Positions 56,356-64,000 of a stretch of DNA of 64,000 bases are shown here, piece by piece. The position numbers and the translations under genes were made by a program. This DNA comes from an uncultured delta proteobacterium (GTDB lineage: Bacteria > Desulfobacterota > Desulfomonilia > UBA1062), in assembly GCA_963785235.1 (NCBI GenBank), contig CAWAUM010000007.1, positions 128,001 to 192,000 on the forward strand, written 5' to 3'. A model generated the notes under the pieces. It was not told where the DNA came from. It was given only the letters and a program-made list of their open reading frames with translations, and ran no database searches. Numbering within the stretch: position 1 is the stretch's first letter; each line of letters begins with the position of its first letter.

Positions 56356-57277
56356 CTATTTACTTCTTGTAAGTTTGATAGGCGTTAATTTCATACGACA
56401 GGGCATAGCAGCCAAAGATTCTATGTCTATTCTATAGTCCAATAGCTGCAGTGCCTCTGCACCCGCAGCAATTAAAGTTTCATCTGCCTCTAGAGGTGAA
56501 ATTTGGTACATGCCAGCAATTTCGTTACAAACAAAATTGTGATATCTTGCTAACCATTCATATTTTGCTCTAACTGATGGGTTTCCTCTGTATTCTTTAA
56601 GACCATTAATAATATGTTCTTGGTGTCCCTTTATTATTTCAAAAATTATCCCCTCATCTGGAAACACGCTAAATGCTTCTCCTAGATAGTTGAGAAATAT
56701 TGATCCATCTGCATCTTCCAAAAGATCTTCATAATGAGGAGTATTACTTATGTCTTCACCATAGAAACCCATTTGATGACGGACTAATTCTATTACAGAA
56801 GGTGTTAGAGTTATTCTTGGAGGTCCACCCCCTTTATCTTGAGCGACAGCTTCTAATAACGCATCACCGAAGACGATATCATCATCCATGTAATGATTTC
56901 CTAATGCAACCCCACCCCTAAGAAAAAAATCCTTCCATCGCAAGTCCAACTTGAAACTCAGAAAAAAAGCTTAAAATATCACCAAACTCTGGTTCCCCAT
57001 AGTCATACGCAGCTCGATCCAAAGGATATCCAACGACAATATTGTCAGTGAATACCTTTACAGCATAGAATGAATGCTCTCCCAGTCCTTTGGAATGTTC
57101 CCGAATACGGTTGTATGCATTGGTCAAGGCGGCATATAATTTATTAAGAAACAATAACCCATTTCCAGATCTAATAGCTTCTTGACTAAGTTGAGAATAA
57201 CCTAAAATATCTGCATAGCAGACAAAAGATGGAAGCATTTTAAGATCACCAGAACTTTTATAGGGATTGTTCATCAA
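56356..57277 (-). CDS. Class III nucleotidyl-cyclase-like cassette protein; frameshift in a T-run ~56925
   Basis: YADILGYS, KVFTDNIVV, LRGGVALG, IVFGDALLEA across two overlapping ORFs. Confidence 0.6.
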
Positions 57278-57290
57278 TTCTCCTGGTTAT

Positions 57291-57442
57291 GCACAACCAA
57301 TTACTATACTGCGCTTTTGCAGCATATCCCCATTGTTATTCGTAGCACAATTGCAGTATATCCAGATATTGAGTGCAAGGCATTGTGATGTTATGAATAT
57401 ATAAATAACCTATATACAATTCTCACTTATTGCAGAATAGCC
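57291..57442 (-). other. Putative attI-like recombination site
   Basis: Core GTTGTGC matches the cassette 1 R''; no attC hairpin upstream; three TTGCAG(C/T/A)ATA(T/G)CC repeats. Confidence 0.6.
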
Positions 57443-57567
57443 GTTCGCCAGAATTGGCTGATATCACACACTCCGTTCCATAAGGGTGGACATGTGGATT
57501 CCTGGCCCTATTCTCAATACACTCATTCGAGCTGTCATTGCATTTCATGGTGTGTACTTATAATGCA

Positions 57568-57597
57568 ATTATAAACCGGAAAGATAAAAGTTGTCAA
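57568..57597 (-). promoter_or_regulatory. Consensus sigma70 promoter facing the cassette array (Pc-like)
   Basis: TTGACA-N18-TATAAT on the minus strand. Confidence 0.7.
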
Positions 57598-57827
57598 AGG
57601 TTGTGATGGGTTGGGCAGGTTCAGGCGATGAATGCAACCCTGAGATCCATTATGCAACATGCATTCACAAAGGGAAGGGATAGGTCCTGCCTCTACGATC
57701 ATGGTGGGCTGCGTCCCGCCCAACCTGCAAGGCTCATCGAATCTGCGGGAAAAACAAACATCAAATCTCAAGGCCGCATTGTTGATGCCGACTATATTCT
57801 ATGGTAGAATGAATTCAGGAGACATTT

Positions 57828-58052
57828 ATGAAATGTACATACATGGATGAGCAGTGTTACGAGTTTCACGAGAAAGACATCACTGAAAAGTGTTTCCTGT
57901 GCAGCCAGAATTGTGAAAAGCTTTTTATTGTCAGGCAGATCTCCAGCATGAAGATGGTGCATATGTGCGGGGAATGCATGGTCAATAACCTGGAAGAATA
58001 CATGCTGGACAATACCAGGCCGTGGGAAGGCATAAAGGGAAAGAGCGATTAG
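57828..58052 (+). CDS. Small C4 zinc-finger-like protein
   Basis: AGGAG RBS; CFLC...CGEC. Confidence 0.6.
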   Translation: MKCTYMDEQCYEFHEKDITEKCFLCSQNCEKLFIVRQISSMKMVHMCGECMVNNLEEYMLDNTRPWEGIKGKSD

Positions 58053-58057
58053 GCTTT

Positions 58058-59173
58058 TTAAAGCTCGTACAGCCTTGGAAACCTCAGACTAAAAGCAGTT
58101 CCGGCACCTTCTTGTGATGTCACTTCAACCTTTGCGTTGTGGGCGTCCATAATCTTTTTGACGAATGTCAGTCCCAGGCCCGAACCTTTCTGGCGCTCAT
58201 CCTTGCCTTTCACCCTGAAGAACGGTTCGAAGATGAAGGGCAGCTTGTCGGCGGGAATGCCTGAGCCGGTATCTGCAATCTTCACATAAACATAGTATTC
58301 GTCCTGAGTCATGCTTATGCTTATCTTTCCGGCCGGCGGGGTATATTTTGTGGCATTGCCGATTATGTTGGTGAAGACCCTCATGAGGCTCTCCTGGTCA
58401 CCCATGATCTTGGCCGAGGGATCATTTATGCTTGCCTCAAGGGTGATCTCTCTCCTCTGGCACAAGGGGGTGAGCTCTTCCATGGCCCTGTCCAGGATTT
58501 CAATGAGCACAATGGGCGTCTTGGCCTCGGAGAAGGAGCCATCCTCGATCCTGGCAAGATCGAGCCAGTGCTCCACAAGGTCGTGGAGTCCCTGGAGTCT
58601 TTTCTCACAGCGGTCGATAATGTCTTTTGCATTCTGCTCAAGGCTGTTCTCGGAAATAACCTTCAGGGTCTCGAAATATTGCATGATGGTTACCAGCGGA
58701 GAACGCATCTCGTGGCTGACAAAGGTTATGAAGCTTCTCTCCATGCGTTCCTTTTCTTCCCTGAGCCGGTTAGCCTCGATCTTCAGGAACCTGTGTTCCA
58801 GCGCCCTCTTGGTAACCGCCCTGATCTGGTCAGGGGTAAAGGGCTTGGGCAGGTAATCATAGGCGCCTTTTTTCATGGCCTCCACGGCAGAGACGATGGA
58901 GGCGTATCCGGTAATCACGATCAATACAATGCCGGGCATTTCTTTGGAGAGCAGCTCAATGATATCCATGCCGGAACAGCTTGGCATCTTCAGGTCAATA
59001 AAGGCCAGGTCGGGCTTTTCAGACCTTGCCAGCCTTATGCCGTCAGGCCCGTCCGATGTGGTCATCACCGTATAGCCGGATTTTTCCAGGGCCTGCCTGC
59101 AACCGTCAAGGATCGACTCCTCGTCGTCAATGATGAGAATCTTGGCTGAATACTCAGCCTTATCATCCATCAA
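58058..59173 (-). CDS. Hybrid receiver-histidine kinase
   Basis: LIIDDE, DLKMP, YLPKP; VSHEMRSPL, NATKYT, DTGSGI, GSGLGL. Confidence 0.92.
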   Translation of the reverse strand: MMDDKAEYSAKILIIDDEESILDGCRQALEKSGYTVMTTSDGPDGIRLARSEKPDLAFIDLKMPSCSGMDIIELLSKEMPGIVLIVITGYASIVSAVEAMKKGAYDYLPKPFTPDQIRAVTKRALEHRFLKIEANRLREEKERMERSFITFVSHEMRSPLVTIMQYFETLKVISENSLEQNAKDIIDRCEKRLQGLHDLVEHWLDLARIEDGSFSEAKTPIVLIEILDRAMEELTPLCQRREITLEASINDPSAKIMGDQESLMRVFTNIIGNATKYTPPAGKISISMTQDEYYVYVKIADTGSGIPADKLPFIFEPFFRVKGKDERQKGSGLGLTFVKKIMDAHNAKVEVTSQEGAGTAFSLRFPRLYEL

Positions 59174-59177
59174 TGTC

Positions 59178-59564
59178 TTACCTCAGGAGCTGACCCACAA
59201 ATTTTAACAGTTCATCAGCCTTGATGGGCTTGTGCAGTACGAGGTCCACAGTGGGGAGCTCGTCAGGCGGCTCAAAGGACTGGTAAGGACCCTGCAGGTC
59301 AACGGCGCTGAGCATGATAAGGGGAATTTTTTTGCCCGTATCCGAGGTCCTCAGCTTTGATACCACATTGAAACCCTCACTCCAGGTCTCCATCATCATA
59401 TCGATGATGGCAATGTCAGGATAAAGCGATTTCGCCATGTCCACACCTGCTTTTCCATCTTCGGCCAGAAATACTTCATAGCCCCCTTTCTCGAGGATAA
59501 GTTTGGTTGCGAGCAGAAAGTCTTTGTCATCATCAATCAAGAGCACCTTTTTTTTTGCATCCAT
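59178..59564 (-). CDS. Single-domain response regulator
   Basis: LLIDDD, DMMME, HKP. Confidence 0.9.
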   Translation of the reverse strand: MDAKKKVLLIDDDKDFLLATKLILEKGGYEVFLAEDGKAGVDMAKSLYPDIAIIDMMMETWSEGFNVVSKLRTSDTGKKIPLIMLSAVDLQGPYQSFEPPDELPTVDLVLHKPIKADELLKFVGQLLR

Positions 59565-59601
59565 AGCCTATACCTCCTTCAAGGATTTCTGGAATAAGAA
59601 G

Positions 59602-59617
59602 AGCAAGTAAAGTGCCA
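59602..59617 (-). promoter_or_regulatory. Sigma54 promoter for the RR + hybrid kinase genes
   Basis: TGGCACTTTACTTGCT, near-consensus. Confidence 0.8.
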
Positions 59618-59721
59618 TGTTTCATCCTATTGAAATTACTTTACTTAATTCATTGAATAAAAAAAATGGGGGTTCCCTTGGGTAAAATCTCCCCAAGGGT
59701 GAGGAAGATGTCCCCTAAAAA

Positions 59722-61084
59722 CTAGTCACCATTTTCATCCTTGATACCGGTGATAATGCCGTATGTCTTGATTTTCGTGCGGAGCGTCTTGCGATCGATA
59801 CCGAGAAACTTTGCCGTGTTGTTCATATGATAATTATAATGCTTCAACGCCTTTTCAATGTGATCCTTTTCAACATCCACAAGGCGCATCTTGCCTGAGA
59901 AAGGATCGACCACCGGTGCCTTGGCGTTTCTGTCCTGACCATAATAGAGGATATCCGACAGGCTCACCTCTTCGTGATCACACAGCACGCACAATCGCTC
60001 GATGGTATTCTTAAGCTCCCGGATGTTGCCCGGCCATGCATAGGAGTTCAAAGACTTTACCGCATCATTCGAAAAAAAACCGGCTGCGGAGTTGTGCCTT
60101 TCCCGGAAAATATCAAGATAGTGCTTGGCAAGCTCGATGATGTCGGAGCGGTGCTCACGAAGGGGCTTGATGTGAATGGGTATAACCGAGATGCGATAGA
60201 AGAGATCTTCGCGGAATCGACCCGCATCAACCTCACCTCTCAAGTCTTTGTTCGTGGCGGTTATCAGCCTCACGTCAACCTTTTCAGGTATGGAACTCCC
60301 CACCTTCGGTATCTCCTGTTCCTGAATGACGCGGAGCAGCTTTGCCTGGGTGTCGAGGCTGATGTTCGATATCTCATCAAGGAACAGCGTCCCCGTGTCG
60401 GCTATCTGGAAACGGCCTTCGCGGGAGTCTGTTGCACCGCTGAATGCCCCGCGTATATGCCCAAAGAGCTCACTTTCCATAAGGTTCTGTACCAGGGATG
60501 AACAGTCAACCGGTATGAACGGTTTGTCAAACCGTTTGCTCATGTTGTGAATGGTTCGTGAAACCAGTTCTTTCCCGGTGCCGCTCTCTCCGGTTATGAG
60601 AGCGGTGCTGTCGGTCTGGGCGACCCTTTTGATCGTGTCTTTCAGCTCCTTCATGTAATCGCTGCCGCCTATGAGCATGGACAAGGTATCTCCTTTTTCA
60701 TTGCTCACAACGGGATCAAGGCATTCATGGATTGCATTCCTGAGTTCTTCAGCACCGAAGGGCTTTGTGAGAAAATTCATGGCGCCTGATCGCATGGCCT
60801 CAACAGCCAGGGGGATGGTGCCATAGCCTGTAATGATGATGATCTTGGCGGCTATGGTATGATCCTTTTTGAGGGTCTTCAAAACATCGAGGCCATCTAT
60901 CTTGGGAAGGCGCACATCCAGAAGGATGATATCAAAGCTGTTGTGAAGGGCCAATTGGATGCCGTGTTCAGGATCACCCGTGCTCTCCACCTCATGTCCT
61001 ATCTTGGCCAGAATCTGCCTGGCATCCGTCCCGTATGGATTCTTCATCGTCGATGATCAGGGTGCGCCTGGTCTTTTTAGCCAA
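59722..61084 (-). CDS. NtrC-family sigma54-dependent response regulator; frameshift near start
   Basis: LIIDDE receiver; GESGTGKE, ESELFGH..GAFSGA, FLDEI, FREDLFYR, WPGNIREL, Fis-type HTH. Confidence 0.93.
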
Positions 61085-63044
61085 TGTTGCATTCCTCCTG
61101 TGAGGTATCGGGTTTATCAGAGGTATTGAGAGGAGGAAGGGTAATGGCAAATGTCGTCCCTTTGCCGGGTTCACTCTCCACATCGATAATGCCGTTATGC
61201 TTCTGGATGATGCCATAGGTTATGGACAGTCCAAGCCCTGTTCCCTGGCCTGGCTCTTTGGTGGTGAAGAAGGGCTCGAAGATGTGGGGCAGGTAGGCCT
61301 TGTCAATGCCCTTTCCCGTATCGGTTATGATGATCTTCACCATGCCTGTACTGGAAAGCCTGCTTGAAACATTGATGGTGCCCTTTCCCTCCATGGCATC
61401 CACTGCATTGATGAACAGGTTCAAGAAGACCTCTTCGAGTCTGGACAGATCGCCCATTATGAAAGGGAGTTTGGGTGTAAGATCGGTCGTCACCTCAATG
61501 CCATGGAACATGGACTGATCCTTCACCAGATTGAGCGATGTAAGGATAACCTCGTTTATGGAAAGGGACTCCATATCTCCTGACGGTGTCCGGGCGAAAT
61601 CAAGCAGGTTCTGGACAATCTTCTTGCATCGTTCGGTTTGATAAATGATCTTTTCCATGTTGTTTCTGGAAGAATCGCCTGCCGGCATCTCTTCGAGCAC
61701 CAGGTTGCTGTACAGGAGTATGCCGCCCAATGGGTTGTTGATCTCATGGGCCACACCGGCAGCCATCTGGCCCAGTGAGGCAAGCCGTTCGGTGCTGGTG
61801 ATGCGCTGGAAGGCCTTCTGAAGCCGGTCATCCCTGTCCTTCAGCGAGCGCGCCATATTGTTGAAGGCCTCATCGAGCATATCGAAGCCCGATGACCTGC
61901 CCGGAGGGAGCTGGTATTCCAGGTTGCCTGAAGAGATGGCATCCGTTGCCTGTTTTAAGATCCTGATCCTGCGGATAATGCCCTGTCCGAGCCTGAACGA
62001 GATAAAAAAGGCTATCACCATACCGAGCGAGGTGATACCCAGGAAGAGGAACACGGTCTTCATCCTCATATCACGGTATTTCGCCTCCAGGATGCCGGTG
62101 AAGAGCATGCCGATGATGTTGTTATCGATATCCCAGATGGGCGTGTAGGAGCTGATGTACCTCTCATTGATCACCGAGGCCCTGCCGATCCAGTCCTTGC
62201 CCTGTCCTATGACCTGGTCATAGACCTCCCTGGATACGATAGTTCCTATGGCCCTGTGGTTTTCCTTGTTCATTACATTTGTAGAGATCCTCACCCCTCC
62301 TAAGAAAATCGTGGCATACCCCATATCCCGGCCCTTGTACCGCTCGTCACGGTACACGGTCTCCTTGATGGTATCCACTATGCTGTAATCACAGTTCAAC
62401 AATACCCCGCCGACAAGTGCGCCAAGCAGGTTCCGGTTCTTGTCTACAATGGGGTAGGCCGACCTGAGGACCATGCCCTGGGTAAGGAGTTTTTCCTTGA
62501 TGTCGGCCGAGTCTTCCATCTTCACAATGGGTATCTTTATCCGCTGCGCCAGATTGGGGTTCTGTGCCACAATAACATCATAAGGCATGATTATGGCCGA
62601 AGACGCCGGTTTCTTCTCTTTGAGACAAGCCCTCACCACTGAATCCCAGAGTATTACATCTCCCTTTGCGTTGGGATTTGCCGCACGGTAGATAACCTTG
62701 CCGTTGGTGTCCACCAGGGTGAGCATGTCAAGTGCCATGTGCCCCGGGGGCTGATATGTACCGCTCCTGATGAGAACGCGCAGGTCTTCCAGAGGCTCGA
62801 GGTTGCCGGATAAGATAGCCAAGTGGATGGGGGAACGAAGTGCGATGAACTGAAGCTGGTATTCGAGCCTCTCCAGGTTGTGGCGGTAGACAAGCTTGGC
62901 AGTGTTGATGTCCTGCTGCACCTTGCGCTGCACCTCGTCAAGGGCGGTCTTGTTTATCAGCTGTATCCCCACCACCGAAGCAATAGCCCCTGTGAGGCAT
63001 GTGGCGATCAGAAATCCTATGACGAGGCGGCTTTGTAGTTTCAT
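61077..63044 (-). CDS. Membrane sensor histidine kinase (Cache + HAMP)
   Basis: Two TMs; ATIFLGGVRISTN...RAIGT; AHEINNPLG; FTTK, GTGLGL. Confidence 0.92.
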   Translation of the reverse strand: MKLQSRLVIGFLIATCLTGAIASVVGIQLINKTALDEVQRKVQQDINTAKLVYRHNLERLEYQLQFIALRSPIHLAILSGNLEPLEDLRVLIRSGTYQPPGHMALDMLTLVDTNGKVIYRAANPNAKGDVILWDSVVRACLKEKKPASSAIIMPYDVIVAQNPNLAQRIKIPIVKMEDSADIKEKLLTQGMVLRSAYPIVDKNRNLLGALVGGVLLNCDYSIVDTIKETVYRDERYKGRDMGYATIFLGGVRISTNVMNKENHRAIGTIVSREVYDQVIGQGKDWIGRASVINERYISSYTPIWDIDNNIIGMLFTGILEAKYRDMRMKTVFLFLGITSLGMVIAFFISFRLGQGIIRRIRILKQATDAISSGNLEYQLPPGRSSGFDMLDEAFNNMARSLKDRDDRLQKAFQRITSTERLASLGQMAAGVAHEINNPLGGILLYSNLVLEEMPAGDSSRNNMEKIIYQTERCKKIVQNLLDFARTPSGDMESLSINEVILTSLNLVKDQSMFHGIEVTTDLTPKLPFIMGDLSRLEEVFLNLFINAVDAMEGKGTINVSSRLSSTGMVKIIITDTGKGIDKAYLPHIFEPFFTTKEPGQGTGLGLSITYGIIQKHNGIIDVESEPGKGTTFAITLPPLNTSDKPDTSQEECNIG

Positions 63045-63192
63045 CTAAGGTCGTTAAGAGAACTCATCCTCCTCTATCGAAATGTATGCTGCCATGGAAT
63101 GTTATTATAATAGCACTACGATCACGTCCGATCAACGGATGAGAAGAGGACTCCTTTCCTTGAGAACTAAAAAAGGCAGCGGCTGTGGCTGA

Positions 63193-63603
63193 TCAGGAGG
63201 CCTTTCCTTCGTTCAGGAGCTTGTTTACACGGGAAAGGAGAACGGATACCGTAACCGGCTTTGAAATGTAATCATCCGCCTGCAGGTATTCGCCATCCGT
63301 TTCGGGTGAGAATTTGAAGCCTGTCTTCTCGGTAACGGCCGTGACCATGATGATGGGGATCATGGAGCAGACCTGATCATTCTTGAGATCAGCACACAGG
63401 TCAAACCCATCGGTATGTTTTTCCATCATCACATCAAGGATAATCAGGTCCGGCGGGTCTTTCTCGACCGAAGCCCTTCCGTCTGAGATATTCAAGGCGT
63501 GTATCACGGCGTATCCATGGTTTTCCAGTACGATCTTCAGGGCGTCGCCATAATCCTTGTCGTCATCTATGATGAGTATTTTCTTGTTTTTCGCCTCGGG
63601 CAT
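63193..63603 (-). CDS. Single-domain response regulator
   Basis: GGAGG RBS; LIIDDD, DVMME..TDGF, YISKP. Confidence 0.9.
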   Translation of the reverse strand: MPEAKNKKILIIDDDKDYGDALKIVLENHGYAVIHALNISDGRASVEKDPPDLIILDVMMEKHTDGFDLCADLKNDQVCSMIPIIMVTAVTEKTGFKFSPETDGEYLQADDYISKPVTVSVLLSRVNKLLNEGKAS

Positions 63604-63621
63604 GTATATACCTCCTTGCAA

Positions 63622-64000
63622 TCAATAGATATGTTCCACAATGGCCTTTGTTACCTCAAGGGTGCCGATGTGGACAGGGCAGTAATCGGAACAGCGACCG
63701 CAGCCCACACATCCGCACAGTGCTTCCTGATTGTCGGTTTTGTTATAATAAAGGAGCTTATGCTCGTGTCTTCTCTTGAGCCGTAGCGCCTGGGTCGACC
63801 GGGGATTATGGCCGGATGCCTCGCGGGTGAATCCGCCATAAAGACAGGTATCCCAGGTGCGTATCCTCTCCCCAGTTTCGGTGTCGGCCGAACGGTCGGC
63901 GACATTGAAGCAGGTGCATGAGGGGCACACGTACACGCAGCCGCCGCAGGCAATGCACTTCTTTCCCAGTTCCTCCCATATACCCTCATTCGGAAGTGTA
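63622..64000 (-). CDS. 4Fe-4S dicluster protein, AsrA/sulfhydrogenase-beta/FlxB-like (5' end outside window)
   Basis: CIACGGC.YVCPSCTCF, R.WD.C, CVGCGRC..YCP. Confidence 0.85.
   Translation of the reverse strand, partial: TLPNEGIWEELGKKCIACGGCVYVCPSCTCFNVADRSADTETGERIRTWDTCLYGGFTREASGHNPRSTQALRLKRRHEHKLLYYNKTDNQEALCGCVGCGRCSDYCPVHIGTLEVTKAIVEHIY

Larger units (their letters stand above)
53251..57297 (-). mobile_element. Integron gene-cassette array (five cassettes), no integrase in window (CALIN-like)
   Basis: Five attC sites; the starting GTT core of each cassette is complementary to the R'' at its own end; AT-rich cargo. Confidence 0.92.

Noticed and set aside
53251-57297. CRISPR array
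   Set aside because: The repeats are non-identical palindromes separated by whole genes, which makes them attC sites. No cas genes are present.
57302-57329. Chromosomal dif site
   Set aside because: It has a 6-bp spacer, but the arms do not resemble XerC/XerD consensus (no TTATGTTAAAT).
57607-57790. 6S RNA or tRNA
   Set aside because: No cloverleaf or TTCGA arm, and no convincing 6S central bubble by eye. Kept only as a generic structured element.
57298-57827. Integron integrase gene
   Set aside because: No ORF of suitable length, and no tyrosine recombinase motifs seen on either strand.
75-61084. Many frameshifts read as mass pseudogenisation or programmed frameshifting
   Set aside because: They also hit essential pyrH and glnA, are mostly single-base indels often in short runs, and leave both sides intact. 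Sequencing or assembly error is the simpler explanation.

Overview
Bacterial chromosomal window, probably from an anaerobic deltaproteobacterium (Desulfobacterota-like). This is an inference from gene content: sigma54 systems, short EF-Ts, 2[4Fe-4S] ferredoxin and an Asr/Hdr-type Fe-S gene. Many genes, including essential pyrH, are broken by single-base indels, so most frameshifts are probably assembly errors. (1) About 1-26.2 kb is a co-oriented cell-envelope island. It holds an Omp85-like barrel, a DUF3313 lipoprotein, Spy/CpxP-like paralogs, two patatins (one PlpD/type Vd-like), a Cys-type arylsulfatase with its radical-SAM maturase, DUF1254/1214, an LRR protein, an SphA-like barrel, a GH63-like glucosidase, MscS, a Zn-phospholipase C-like enzyme and an alpha/beta hydrolase, plus several gene remnants. 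(2) About 26.3-52.9 kb is housekeeping: IHF, ferredoxin, rpsB-tsf-pyrH-frr, apbC, GH13, glmM, an atypical GlmU-like protein, purF lacking Cys1, guaA, dapF, a PAS kinase and sigma54-driven type III glnA. (3) About 53.25-57.6 kb is a minus-strand integron cassette array with five attC sites, an attI-like site and a consensus promoter, but no integrase in the window. It carries a nucleotidyl-cyclase-like gene, a HEPN-like gene, RidA, VapBC and Phd-RelE. (4) About 58-64 kb is a two-component/sigma54 regulatory cluster downstream of a partial 4Fe-4S gene. No rRNA, tRNA or CRISPR array was seen.
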